NCBI GenBank assembly: GCA_965215605.1
Contig: OZ244070.1
Span: 1,760,001 to 1,824,000 of the forward strand
DNA length: 64,000 nucleotides
DNA from: an uncultured Candidatus Binatia bacterium
Lineage (GTDB): Bacteria > Desulfobacterota > Binatia > UBA9968 > JAJDTQ01
Reading direction: 5' to 3'
The notes beneath the pieces are model-generated. The model saw only the letters and a list, made by a program, of their open reading frames with translations. It ran no database searches and was not told the DNA's origin. The translations under genes and the position numbers were made by a program. This document shows positions 41,321 to 51,078 of the stretch, piece by piece (positions within the stretch are counted from its first letter, which is position 1; each line of letters opens with the position of its first letter).

Positions 41321-42355
41321 ATGTCGAGAAAAGCGTCAGGGAGCAGGCTCCGGGTGGCCATGATGGCGCTCCTGGGCCTGTCCATGGGGATGGCCGGCAA
41401 CGCCGTCGCCAACAGTGAAGTCAATATCTATTCGTACCGGCAGCCGTTCCTCATCAAGCCGATGCTGAACGCCTTTACCCGCCAGACGGGGATCAAGACC
41501 AACGTGGTGTTCGCGCCCAAGGGGATGATCACGCGCCTGAAGAAGGAGGGCAGGAACAGCCCGGCCGACATGATCCTGACGGTGGACATCGGGCGGATCA
41601 ACGACGCCGTGGAAGCGGACGTTCTGCAGCCGGTGAAGACGAAGAAGCTGACCGCGAACGTTCCGTCGTGGGACCGGGACCCGTCGGGTCTGTGGTACGC
41701 GCTCACGAGACGGGCGCGCATCGTCTACGCATCCCGGGAGCGGGTGAAGCCGGGCGATCTTTCCACCTACGAGGCGCTGACCGATCCCAAGTGGAAGGGC
41801 CGCATCTGCATCCGGTCATCGCAGAACGCCTACAACGTGGCGTTGCTTGCCTCCCTCGTGGCGCATCACGGCGAGGCGAAGGCGGAGGAGTGGGCCAAGG
41901 GGCTGAAGGCCAATCTGGCGCGCAAGCCTCAAGGCAACGACCGGGCCCAGATCAAGGCCATCTTTTCGGGCGAGTGCGACATCTCCCTGGGGAACTCCTA
42001 CTACATGGGCAAGATGCTCACCAACGAGAAGCAGATCGCCTGGGCGGAATCCGTGTTCCTTTTCTTCCCCAACCAGGATGGCCGCGGCGCGCACATGAAC
42101 ATCAGCGGCGCCGGCGTCACCAAGTACGCGCCGCGGAAGGACAACGCCGTCAAGCTGCTGGAGTTCCTGAGCGACGATCTGGCGCAGAAGATGTACGCCG
42201 AGCAGAACTTCGAGTACCCCGTGAAGCCGGGCGTGCCCTGGTCCGGTCTGGTGGAGTCGTGGGGCAGGTTCAAGGCTGACAAGATCGACATGATCAAGGT
42301 CGCCAAGAACCGTCCGACGGCCATCAGGATCTTCGACCGCGCAGGCATTCCCTAG
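41321..42355 (+). CDS. Fe(3+) ABC transporter substrate-binding protein (FutA/FbpA)
   Basis: VNIYSYRQ, EG.NSPAD, R.S.N.YN, GNSYY, N.EYP. Confidence 0.92.
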   Translation: MSRKASGSRLRVAMMALLGLSMGMAGNAVANSEVNIYSYRQPFLIKPMLNAFTRQTGIKTNVVFAPKGMITRLKKEGRNSPADMILTVDIGRINDAVEADVLQPVKTKKLTANVPSWDRDPSGLWYALTRRARIVYASRERVKPGDLSTYEALTDPKWKGRICIRSSQNAYNVALLASLVAHHGEAKAEEWAKGLKANLARKPQGNDRAQIKAIFSGECDISLGNSYYMGKMLTNEKQIAWAESVFLFFPNQDGRGAHMNISGAGVTKYAPRKDNAVKLLEFLSDDLAQKMYAEQNFEYPVKPGVPWSGLVESWGRFKADKIDMIKVAKNRPTAIRIFDRAGIP

Positions 42356-42390
42356 GGTCCTGTACGGCCAATTGCTGGACGGGACCCCAG
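42352..42390. repeat. Mini YTAG element / hairpin at the futA stop
   Basis: ctagggtcctgt-N15-acgggaccccag. Confidence 0.55.
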
Positions 42391-42494
42391 GCCCACGGTC
42401 GTCTTTCAAAAGGCGCCGCCTTTGACTATGATCCCACGAGCCGAAGCCCCTCCCCGGTTCGAAAGGGGAACCCATTGACGGAGGAACGGACCCC

Positions 42495-42635
42495 ATGAAA
42501 GGCGATCCCAGGGTCCTCAAGGCGCTCAACGACATGCTGCGGAAAGAGCTGACCGGGATCAATCAACAAGCACCGCCGGTGGCGGCGGAGCGGGCGGAGC
42601 GTAGGGGGCGGCGGTCGCCGTCGCCGACAGGGTGA
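42495..42635 (+). pseudogene. bfr: Bacterioferritin 5' fragment
   Basis: MKGDPRVLKALNDMLRKELTGINQ after a GGAGG RBS, then unrelated sequence and a stop at codon 47. Confidence 0.8.
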
Positions 42636-42642
42636 AACCGAC

Positions 42643-43317
42643 GTGGCAGGGAAGCGCACCGAAGTCTCTTCCGCTACGGAAGACTACCTCAAGGCCATCT
42701 ACAGTCTGGCGGAGGAGAACGACCAGGTCATCGCGGCGCGGGTGGCGGAGGACATCGGCGTGACGCCGTCGACCATGTTCAGCGCCCTGAGGCGGCTCGA
42801 GAAGGAGGAGTTCGTGCGGGTGGAACGCCGCAAGAACATCTACCTGACATCGAAGGGCCGTGACGTGGCCGAGGCCATCCTGCGCCGGCACTATCTCACC
42901 GAACGTTTGCTGACGGACCTCCTGGGCCTGGACTGGGTCACCGCTCATCAGGAAGCCCACCACCTGGAGCACGCCATATCGCCGGTGGTGGAGGAGCGCT
43001 TGGCCGCGATCCTCCACAATCCGTCCACCTGCCCCCACGGCAATCCGATTCCGGTAAAGGGGGAACCGTCTCCGCGCCGCGAGTGGATTCCCCTGAATAC
43101 GGCGGAGGCGGGCACCGAGGTCATCTTCCGCTGCATCACCGAGACCGGCGAGCGCGATGCGGTGCTGCTTTCGTTCCTCTACGACCACCAGGTCCGTCCC
43201 GGCACCAGCATCGACATTCTCGACGTTTCGCCGTCCCTCGGCACCATCAGCCTCAAGGTGGGAGCGCACGAGGTCGTCCTCGGCCTGGAGGCCGCCAAGA
43301 AGATCCACGTGCAGTGA
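42643..43317 (+). CDS. DtxR/MntR family metal-dependent repressor with FeoA/SH3 domain
   Basis: EDYLKAIY, RRHYLTE.LL, EAHHLEH, CPHGNPIP. Confidence 0.92.
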   Translation: MAGKRTEVSSATEDYLKAIYSLAEENDQVIAARVAEDIGVTPSTMFSALRRLEKEEFVRVERRKNIYLTSKGRDVAEAILRRHYLTERLLTDLLGLDWVTAHQEAHHLEHAISPVVEERLAAILHNPSTCPHGNPIPVKGEPSPRREWIPLNTAEAGTEVIFRCITETGERDAVLLSFLYDHQVRPGTSIDILDVSPSLGTISLKVGAHEVVLGLEAAKKIHVQ

Positions 43318-43368
43318 CCGGAGCTGGCTCCGCGCGATCTGCCCCCCTCTCTCCGAAGTTCGGACCGG

Positions 43369-43668
43369 TCAAGCAGGCTGGCGCAGACTCTTCGCGGGAC
43401 GGATGCGTGCGGTCAACCGTTTCTTCTCCTTGGCAAGAGCGCGAAAGTCGCACTCTATCTGAAGGCCGTGCCAGAATTCATCGGATTGACCGAAGAAGGC
43501 ACCGAAACGGATGGACATCGCCGGCGTGATCGAGCGCTGGCCGTGAACGATCTCGTTGATCGCCCGCGGCGAGACGCCGATGGCGCGGGCCATGGCGTTC
43601 TGCGAAATGCTCATCGGCTTGAGATAGTCTTCGAGAAGAATTTCCCCGGGAGTAATGGGATCTTGCAT
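43369..43668 (-). CDS. higA: HigA family antitoxin (orphan)
   Basis: [25 protein letters not shown]. Confidence 0.88.
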   Translation of the reverse strand: MQDPITPGEILLEDYLKPMSISQNAMARAIGVSPRAINEIVHGQRSITPAMSIRFGAFFGQSDEFWHGLQIECDFRALAKEKKRLTARIRPAKSLRQPA

Positions 43669-43674
43669 GATTCT

Positions 43675-43692
43675 GTAACGTATAACGTTATA
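43675..43692. promoter_or_regulatory. Palindromic operator upstream of higA
   Basis: gtaacg-tataacgttata. Confidence 0.5.
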
Positions 43693-43721
43693 GGGGTTGA
43701 ATCAATGGGAGGCGCCGCCGC

Positions 43722-44585
43722 CTACACCAGGGAGGCCGCGGCTACGCCTGCGGCGACCACCGCCATCCAGAACAGCCGCCTGGGCCCGATCCTGTCCCCC
43801 AGCCAGATCCGCGCGGCGACCGCGGTGACGGCGGCGAAGCACGAAAAACCGATGGCCGCGCCGACCCGCCCGCCGCCGGCGGAGCCGGTCAGGAACAGGC
43901 CCAGGGCCACCGTTTCCAGTACCGCCTGCAAGAACACGAGGGGCCACGTGGCGCCGTGCGGCCAGGCCAGCGGGCCGTGCCGCCGCTGGAGAGCCATGAA
44001 GCCCAGTGCGCCGGCCAGAGCGAAGGCGCGGTTCAGGTAGACCGCCGGAACCGTGCCGAGCACCGCGCCGGCCTCCTGTGCGAGGAACATGCGCAGCGCC
44101 ACCGACACGGCGGCGCCGAGCCCCAGAAGCGCGGTCACGCGCAACCAGGCGCGGTCGTAGCGCTCCTTCCCGGGCCGCTCGGGCCGGGCCAGCATCGCCA
44201 CTCCGCCGAAGACCGTCAACGCCGCGACCCCGTGCAGCCAGTGATAAGGATGGCCGGCCAGCACGTTCAGCGCCACGAGCATCACCGTGAAGCTCGACGT
44301 GGCCGGCGACGCCACCGTCACCGGCCCCCGCACCAGCGCACGGAAGAGCAGGGCCAGCACCGCGACGTTCAGCAGACCCGACAAGGCCGAGGCGCCCCAG
44401 CCCCACGCGTTCCATGCCGGCCAGCCGCCGCTCGCCGCGAACCAGATGGTCATGACGGCGAACGGAGGGCTCATGATGAGCGCGATGAGCACGGACAGGG
44501 AGATACGGCTCGCCGTGACCCGCGCCACGCAATCGGAAACCCCGATCAGGCCGGCGCCGCACAGCCCCCAGACCAGTCCGCTCAT
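43722..44585 (-). CDS. DMT/EamA family transporter
   Basis: About 10 TM helices in a two-repeat arrangement. Confidence 0.8.
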   Translation of the reverse strand: MSGLVWGLCGAGLIGVSDCVARVTASRISLSVLIALIMSPPFAVMTIWFAASGGWPAWNAWGWGASALSGLLNVAVLALLFRALVRGPVTVASPATSSFTVMLVALNVLAGHPYHWLHGVAALTVFGGVAMLARPERPGKERYDRAWLRVTALLGLGAAVSVALRMFLAQEAGAVLGTVPAVYLNRAFALAGALGFMALQRRHGPLAWPHGATWPLVFLQAVLETVALGLFLTGSAGGGRVGAAIGFSCFAAVTAVAARIWLGDRIGPRRLFWMAVVAAGVAAASLV

Positions 44586-44810
44586 GAAATTCTCCGGCTC
44601 CCGGCTTCCATGCCTTCCCTGCTCCTTTCCACGTTCCCTTCAGACCTTTCAGAGTCTCCGGCCGGTGGCAACCGCGGACTCGAAATGTTTCCGAGACTGT
44701 GGTACGGCTCAGAAAGGAAGTGCGCGTCCCACAAGGGAATTCCCGGACGGGGAATGGGCGCGGCGAAGGCCCCTTGACGCGGGCCATAACGGGCGAGAAG
44801 GGAGAACTGA

Positions 44811-46244
44811 ATGCAGCCGGTAACCGACATGCGGAGCTTCATCGAGCGACTGGACGAGATGGGGGAGGTCAAGCGCATCGAGGGCGCGGATCTGGACACC
44901 GACGTGGGGGCGCTCACCGAGCACATGGGCGACATCGAGTCCCAGGCGCTCCTGTTCGACGGCTTCGCGGGGTTTCCCAAGGGCTTCCGCATCATCTCCA
45001 ACCTGTTCCGCACCTGCCCGCGCTCGGCGGTGGCCATGGGGCTGCCCACGGACGTCAAGGGGGTGGACTTCCTCCACGCCTGGCGCAAGCGCTCGCTGGA
45101 GTTCCAGCCGCTGCCCTACGAGCAGGTGGAAGGCGGGCCGGTGTTCGACAACCAGATGGAAGAGGACGAGGTGGACCTGACCCGGTTCCCGACCCCGCTG
45201 TGGCACGACCTCGACGGCGGCCGCTACATCGGCACCGGGTGCGGCGTCATCACCAAGGACCCGGAGTCCGGCGGCATCAACATCGGCACCTACCGGGTGA
45301 TGATCCAGGAGAAGAACAAGGTCTCGGTCAAGATGAACAAGGGCAAGCACGGGCGGCTGGCCATGGAGCGGGCCCACGCCCGGGGCGAGGCCCTGCCCGT
45401 GGCCATCTCGCTGGGACAGGAGCCCGCCGTGATGCTGGCGTCGCAGATGCCGCTGCCGCCGGCGGTGAACGAGTACGAGTTCGCCGGCTGGATGCAGGGC
45501 AGCCCCATCCCGGTGGTCCGGGGCGCCGTCACCGGCCTGCCCATCCCCGCCAACGGCGAGGTGGTGCTGGAAGGCGAGATCCCGCCGCTGCCGCCGGAGC
45601 AGTTGCCCAAGGAAGGCCCCTTCGGCGAATGGCCGGGCTACTACACCGAGGCCACCGAGGGGGACGTGCCGCTCATGACCGTCAAGCGGGTCTATTACCG
45701 CGACGACCCCATCATCCTGGGCGCCCCGCCGGTGCGGCCGCCCAACAGCTACCTGCCCATCCCCCTGGGCGCCATCACGCTCTGGGAGCAGTTGGAGAAG
45801 GCCGGCATCCCGGACGTGACGGGGGTCTGGGGCTTCGTCTACGGCGGCCAGCCCGGGCCGTTCACCGTGATCTCCATCAAGCAGCGCTACACCGGCCACG
45901 CCAAGCAGGCCCTGCTGGTGGCGGCCGGCGCCCGGGCCGGCGCCTACGGCGGCAAGATGGTGGCGGTGGTGGACGACGACGTGGACATCACCAACCCTGG
46001 CGAGGTCATCTGGGCCATCTCCACCCGCTGCGACCCGCGCGAGGGCATCGACATCGTGAAGAACGTGTGGGCCTCGGTGTGCGAGCCGGTCATCTCTCCC
46101 ACGGACCGGGACACCAAGGGCTACGTCACCGACCGCGTGCTCATCGACGCCTGCCGCCCGTACCAGTGGATCGACCGCTTCCCGCCGGTGAACGCGTTCG
46201 AGCCGCAGTACAAGGAGCAGATCGCCAAGAAGTGGGGGGTATGA
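44811..46244 (+). CDS. UbiD family (prFMN) decarboxylase
   Basis: DGGRYIGT, N.GTYR, EVVLEG, EGPFGEWPGYY, VVDDDVD. Confidence 0.92.
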   Translation: MQPVTDMRSFIERLDEMGEVKRIEGADLDTDVGALTEHMGDIESQALLFDGFAGFPKGFRIISNLFRTCPRSAVAMGLPTDVKGVDFLHAWRKRSLEFQPLPYEQVEGGPVFDNQMEEDEVDLTRFPTPLWHDLDGGRYIGTGCGVITKDPESGGINIGTYRVMIQEKNKVSVKMNKGKHGRLAMERAHARGEALPVAISLGQEPAVMLASQMPLPPAVNEYEFAGWMQGSPIPVVRGAVTGLPIPANGEVVLEGEIPPLPPEQLPKEGPFGEWPGYYTEATEGDVPLMTVKRVYYRDDPIILGAPPVRPPNSYLPIPLGAITLWEQLEKAGIPDVTGVWGFVYGGQPGPFTVISIKQRYTGHAKQALLVAAGARAGAYGGKMVAVVDDDVDITNPGEVIWAISTRCDPREGIDIVKNVWASVCEPVISPTDRDTKGYVTDRVLIDACRPYQWIDRFPPVNAFEPQYKEQIAKKWGV

Positions 46245-46257
46245 AGGAGCGGCCCGC

Positions 46258-46881
46258 ATGAAGGCGGTTCTCTGGAGAACGCTCGGAATCGCGGTCCTGG
46301 CGCTGGCGTTCGTCATGGCGCCGGGGACGGAGGCGCCGGCCCACAAGTCCATCCTCAAGGTCGAGTTCGCGGAACGGCGCGAGTTGAACGTCCTCATCGA
46401 CAACTTCGCCCTCACCGACCAGAACGGCGAGCGCGTGGAGTTCCGGAAGCTCCGGGGCAAGCCGGTGGTGATCAACTTCATGTACACGTCGTGTCCGGAC
46501 GTGTGTCCGCTGCTGACGGCGAGCCTGAAGATCCTTCGGGACCACATGAAGCCCGCGGAGGTCAGGGACATCCGCTTCCTGTCCATCACCGCGGATCCGG
46601 AGGTGGACACGCCGGCGGTGCTCAAGGCCTACAGCAAGCGGCACGAGGCCGACGCCCCCAACTGGTCGTGGCTCACCGGCGAGGCCCGGGAACTGGCGCC
46701 GGTGTGGCAGGGTTTCGGCGTGGGCGTGAAGCGGCTGGCCCGGGGCCTCATCGACCACACCACGCTTACGGTGGTGGCGGATGCCAACGGGTTCATGCGT
46801 TTTGCCTACTTCGGCTCCGCTCCGGACCCGGACGTGCTGCTGAAGGACCTGCGGGCGCTCGCGAAGAAGGGGGCCACCTGA
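46258..46881 (+). CDS. SCO family copper chaperone
   Basis: FMYTSCPDVCP, DPEVDTP, IDHT. Confidence 0.9.
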   Translation: MKAVLWRTLGIAVLALAFVMAPGTEAPAHKSILKVEFAERRELNVLIDNFALTDQNGERVEFRKLRGKPVVINFMYTSCPDVCPLLTASLKILRDHMKPAEVRDIRFLSITADPEVDTPAVLKAYSKRHEADAPNWSWLTGEARELAPVWQGFGVGVKRLARGLIDHTTLTVVADANGFMRFAYFGSAPDPDVLLKDLRALAKKGAT

Positions 46882-46994
46882 ACCTCCTTTCGCTTTCCCA
46901 CTATCTCCAATTCGCATCGTCCACACCCGCCGTCATTGACCCGCCTCGAACGGCGTGCGATCGTGGAGGCGATCCTGTCGTCGGAGCCTGAGCC

Positions 46995-49088
46995 GTGGAA
47001 TCGCTGTTGAGCAGCATCGCCTGGGAGACTCTGGTGGTCTTTTACGAGGCCTCGGTGTACCTCCTCATCGGCTTTTTCGTGGCCGGGCTCCTGCACGTGT
47101 ATCTGCCGGCGGACCTCATCGCGCGGCACCTGGGCCGGAACGATGCCCGCTCTGTGGGTCTTGCGGCGCTCTTCGGCGCGCCGATCCCGCTGTGCTCCTG
47201 CGGGGTCTTGCCAGCCGCGGCGTCCTTGAAGAGGCAGGGCGCCGGGCGGGCGCCGCTGGTCTCGTTTCTGATCTCCACTCCCGAGACCGGGGTGGACTCC
47301 GTGGCGCTCACCTACGGGCTCATGGGTCCGGTCATGGCCGTGGTCCGTCCCGTCGTGGCGGTGGTGACGGCTGTGATAGCCGGCATAGCCTCCATCGGCG
47401 TCAAGGAGGACGCAAGCCTGCCGCCGCCGGCCGACGTCACCTGCGACGATGACTGCGCGGCACCGGCGGAGGACTCGTGCGACGAAACCTGCGCGCCCGG
47501 CGGCGCGGCACCGGCAGGCCCGCGCCGTTTCCTCCATTCACTGGACTACGGCTTCACCGCGGTTCTGGACGACATCGCGCTGTCGCTCCTCGTCGGCATG
47601 CTGCTGACCGGCATCCTGGCGGGGCTTCTGCCCGACAATTTCTTTGACGAGGTGCTCGGCTGGGGTTCGGGGCTCATGCCCATGCTGGCCATGATCGTGG
47701 TGGGCCTGCCGCTCTACCTCTGCGCCAGCGCCTCCACCCCCATCGCCGCGGCGTTCATGGCCAAGGGCCTGTCGCCCGGCGCGGCGCTCGTGTTCCTGCT
47801 GGTGGGGCCGGCCACCAATCTTGCCACCATGACCGTGGTGGGGCAGCTCCTGGGCCGCCGTCATCTCGCCGTCTACCTCGGCGCCATCGTGCTGGTGAGC
47901 CTGGCCGCCGGACTGCTGGTGGACGCGACCCTGGCGGACGCGATCCACGTGCTCCCCTTCGGCGAGTTGGGGCAGGACGCCGACTGGATCTTCGCGCTCA
48001 AGGCGCTTTCAGCCGTGGCGCTGGTCCTGCTGCTGCTCCGGAGCTTCATGCGCAAGGGCCCTCGCGCGCTCTGGCGGGAGACCGCCCAACAGCTCCTGGA
48101 CACGGCCCGGGCGTTGAGGGCCTTCCGCCCCGCCAACCTGCTCCGGGGGCCGGTGCTCGCGGCCGTGCTGGCCGTTGCGCTGCTCGGCGCCATCCCCACG
48201 TTTACCCTGGTGGTGGGACCCGGCCAGAAGGGTGTCGTCCAGCGCTTCGGCCGGGTGGTGGCCGCGGATCTCCAGCCCGGACTGTACTTCCACCTGCCGC
48301 CGCCGTTGGGCAACGGCACCGCGGTGGACGTGGCGCTGATCCGTCAGGTTACGGTGGGCTTCCGGGGGAACGTCAACGGGGCCAGACCGGTGCTGGATGA
48401 CCAGGCGTTCTACCTGACCGCGGACGGCAACGTCATCGATATCCGGGCCGCGGTCCAGTACCGCGTCCGCGACCCGGCGGTGTACGCCCTGGGCGTCGAG
48501 GAGACCCCCGCGGTGGTGCTAGGGCTGGCCCGGCGGGAGCTCGTGAGCCTGCTGAGCCGCAAGCCCATCGACCGGATCTACACCGTGGACCGGAGGACCA
48601 CGGAAACGGAGCTGCGGGATCGCCTGGCGGCGCGCCTCGCGGCTTTGGGCGTGGGCAGCGAGATCCTGGACGTCCGGCTCCTGGATGTCCACGCGCCGGG
48701 GAGGGTCCACGACGCCTTCCGCGACGTGGCCAGCGCGCTGGAGGATCGCCAGCGCGACATCCACGTGGCCACGGGCGGGGCGACCCAGTCCACGGTGGCG
48801 GCCTCGGGCGAGGCGGAACGCATCACGCAAAGGGCCGCGGGCCGGGCCGTGCGCGAGGTCAGGGTGGCCGCGGGCCGGGCCGTCGCGTTCCGGCAGACCG
48901 CGGCGGCCCATGCCGCGAGCCCCGCGGTCACCGAAACCCGGCTCTACCTGGAGGCGCTCGAGCATTCCCTCGAGATGCCCCGAAAATTTGTCTACATGCC
49001 CGGCGCGGGCGGCGGTGACATCGATCTCTGGGTCGGCGCTCCGCCCATGGACTTCATGACTCCCGCGCCGTCGAGCCGACATCGATAG
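46995..49088 (+). CDS. DUF318 (SO_0444/ArsP-like) permease fused to an SPFH/HflK-like domain
   Basis: PIPLCSCGVLP, STPETGVDS, PLYLCASASTP, GPATN; C-terminal GVVQRFGR..PGLYFHLP, LTADGNVID, V.DAF.DV.SA, TRLYLE. Confidence 0.85.
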   Translation: MESLLSSIAWETLVVFYEASVYLLIGFFVAGLLHVYLPADLIARHLGRNDARSVGLAALFGAPIPLCSCGVLPAAASLKRQGAGRAPLVSFLISTPETGVDSVALTYGLMGPVMAVVRPVVAVVTAVIAGIASIGVKEDASLPPPADVTCDDDCAAPAEDSCDETCAPGGAAPAGPRRFLHSLDYGFTAVLDDIALSLLVGMLLTGILAGLLPDNFFDEVLGWGSGLMPMLAMIVVGLPLYLCASASTPIAAAFMAKGLSPGAALVFLLVGPATNLATMTVVGQLLGRRHLAVYLGAIVLVSLAAGLLVDATLADAIHVLPFGELGQDADWIFALKALSAVALVLLLLRSFMRKGPRALWRETAQQLLDTARALRAFRPANLLRGPVLAAVLAVALLGAIPTFTLVVGPGQKGVVQRFGRVVAADLQPGLYFHLPPPLGNGTAVDVALIRQVTVGFRGNVNGARPVLDDQAFYLTADGNVIDIRAAVQYRVRDPAVYALGVEETPAVVLGLARRELVSLLSRKPIDRIYTVDRRTTETELRDRLAARLAALGVGSEILDVRLLDVHAPGRVHDAFRDVASALEDRQRDIHVATGGATQSTVAASGEAERITQRAAGRAVREVRVAAGRAVAFRQTAAAHAASPAVTETRLYLEALEHSLEMPRKFVYMPGAGGGDIDLWVGAPPMDFMTPAPSSRHR

Positions 49089-49098
49089 AGGGATTGCC

Positions 49099-50085
49099 AT
49101 GGCGAAACGTATCGGCGGGTTGCTCATCCTGGCGCTGGTCCTGGGCGCCGGCGCCACCTCGTTCGTGGTGGTAGACGAGAAGAGCCACGCGGTCATCACC
49201 CAGTTCGGGAAGCCGGTGTCGGTGCTGAGCCAGGCCGGTTTCTATCTCAAGCTGCCGGTGCCGTTCCAGCGCGCCAACGTGCTCGACAAGCGCATCCTGA
49301 TCACCAACACTCGCGAGACCGAGCTGCTGACGGCGGACAAGAAGAACGTGCTGGTCTCCACGTACATTTCCTGGAAGATCGCCGACCCGGTGCGGTACCT
49401 GGCCGCGCTGCGCAGGCGGGACTTCGCGGAGAGCCGCCTGGCCGCGCTGGTGCAGTCGGAGCTGGGCAGCGCGCTGGGCGACCGGCCCTTCGGGACGATC
49501 CTGGGGACCGCCGGCAACGGCGCCAGCCTGGCCGAGCTGGAGGGCTCGGTGGAGCGCGCCGTCTCCAGGGTGGCGCGGGAAGACCTCGGGATCGAGGTGG
49601 TCAGCCTGGGGGTGACCCGCCTCATCTTCCCGCCGCAGAACCTGGACAGCGTCTTCGCTCGCATGCGCGCCGAGCGCGCGCGCATCGCCCGGGGCCATCG
49701 CTCGGAGGGCCGGGCCGAAGCCCAGAAGATCGCCGCCCGCGCCGAACGGGAACGGGCGCGGATCATCGCCGACGCGGAGGCCAAGGCGGCCATGCTGCGG
49801 GGCCGGGGCGAAGCGGAAGCGGCGCGCATCTACGCGGAAGCCTACGAAGGGCACGCCGGGTTCTATCGCTTCCTGCGGACGCTGGAAGCCTACAAGAAGG
49901 TGCTGAACGAGAAGACCACGTTGGTCCTGCCCGCGGACTCCCCGTTTCTCGAGATCCTGACATCGAGGGTTCCCGGCGCCGTCCCGCCGGCGGATGGCGG
50001 GAAGAATGTGCCGGCGGTCTCCGGCCAGGACGTGGGTGCGGGGCCGGCGGCGCCCGCCCGGGACCGGGAGAAATCGGGTTCATGA
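49099..50085 (+). CDS. hflC: HflC-like SPFH protein
   Basis: VITQFGKP, LTADKKNV, RMRAERARIA...RSEG, FYRFLRTLEAY. Confidence 0.88.
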   Translation: MAKRIGGLLILALVLGAGATSFVVVDEKSHAVITQFGKPVSVLSQAGFYLKLPVPFQRANVLDKRILITNTRETELLTADKKNVLVSTYISWKIADPVRYLAALRRRDFAESRLAALVQSELGSALGDRPFGTILGTAGNGASLAELEGSVERAVSRVAREDLGIEVVSLGVTRLIFPPQNLDSVFARMRAERARIARGHRSEGRAEAQKIAARAERERARIIADAEAKAAMLRGRGEAEAARIYAEAYEGHAGFYRFLRTLEAYKKVLNEKTTLVLPADSPFLEILTSRVPGAVPPADGGKNVPAVSGQDVGAGPAAPARDREKSGS

Positions 50086-50990
50086 CCGGCCGCCTGCGAT
50101 ACCGGCTGCTGCTCTCCGCCGCCGTCCTTCTGGCGGGCTGGCTGACCCTGGGGATCTACAATGTCGAGTCGGACGAGAGCGCGGTGGCGTACGTTCTCGG
50201 CAGGGCCGTGGGGCGGGACGTCCTCCCGGGCATCCACTGGAACCCGCCGTGGCCGCTGGGCCGTGTGGTGGTGGCCCGGACGGCCACGAACTTCCTCATG
50301 CCGGTGGAACACACGGAGCCGCAAGGCCCCGCCGGGAGCGAGCCGGAGTCCCTCTGGCTCCTGGGCGACACCAACGTCATCGCCGGGAAGCTGGGAATCC
50401 AGTACAGCATCCGCAGCCTGACGCGCTTCGAGGTCTCGCACGAGGATCCGCGGGAACTGCTGCGTCGGGCAGGCGGCCAGGTCGTGACGCGGTTTCTCGC
50501 GGGCGAGAACGTGGACGCCGCGCTGACCGCCCGGCGCAACGACCTGCTGGACGCGGTGCAGCGGCAGGTTCAGGCAATCCTCGATGATCACGGCTCGGGC
50601 ATCGAGATCCTGTCGGTGAACGTGGAGACGCTGGCGCCGCCGCGGCAGGGGGGCGTGCGGCAGGCGTTCCAGGAGGTCCAGAGCGCCTTGGCGGACAAGG
50701 AGCGGGTGGTGGACGAGGCGCGCGCCGACCGCTCCCAGGTCTTCGCGGAAGCGGAGGGGGAGGCGGAACATCGTGTGACCCAGGCCGAGGCTGCGCGTCA
50801 CCGGCGGGTGGAGATCGCCAAGGGCGAAGGGGAACGCTTCCGCCGCCTGGCCTTCGAGCACCGCAAGACGCCCAGGCTCACCGAGGAACGGCTTTACCTC
50901 GAGACCATCGAGGAGGTCCTGCCGCGCATGGATACCTACGTCGTCCAGTCCGGACCGGACGGCAAGGTGAACCTGCGCGTGGTCCGGTGA
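50082..50990 (+). CDS. hflK: HflK-like SPFH protein
   Basis: PGIHW..PWP, V.QAFQEV, EA.GEA, ERLYLET.EEVL. Confidence 0.85.
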   Translation: MTGRLRYRLLLSAAVLLAGWLTLGIYNVESDESAVAYVLGRAVGRDVLPGIHWNPPWPLGRVVVARTATNFLMPVEHTEPQGPAGSEPESLWLLGDTNVIAGKLGIQYSIRSLTRFEVSHEDPRELLRRAGGQVVTRFLAGENVDAALTARRNDLLDAVQRQVQAILDDHGSGIEILSVNVETLAPPRQGGVRQAFQEVQSALADKERVVDEARADRSQVFAEAEGEAEHRVTQAEAARHRRVEIAKGEGERFRRLAFEHRKTPRLTEERLYLETIEEVLPRMDTYVVQSGPDGKVNLRVVR

Positions 50991-51013
50991 GGTGCGGAAT
51001 CCGATGCCCCTGC

Positions 51014-51058
51014 TTGACAAGCCATTCTAGTGAGAATAGGAACTCATTATCTATTCTC
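51014..51058 (+). promoter_or_regulatory. Promoter with Fur/Zur-family-like palindrome
   Basis: TTGACA at 51014; gagaatag-gaactcattat-ctattctc inverted repeat upstream of znuA. Confidence 0.55.
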
Positions 51059-51078
51059 CTTTGAGGGGGTATTCACAC

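Noticed and set aside
44586-44810. Riboswitch or higB remnant upstream of the DMT transporter
   Set aside because: No recognisable aptamer consensus; the ETLKGLKGTW peptide similarity to HigB is too weak to support
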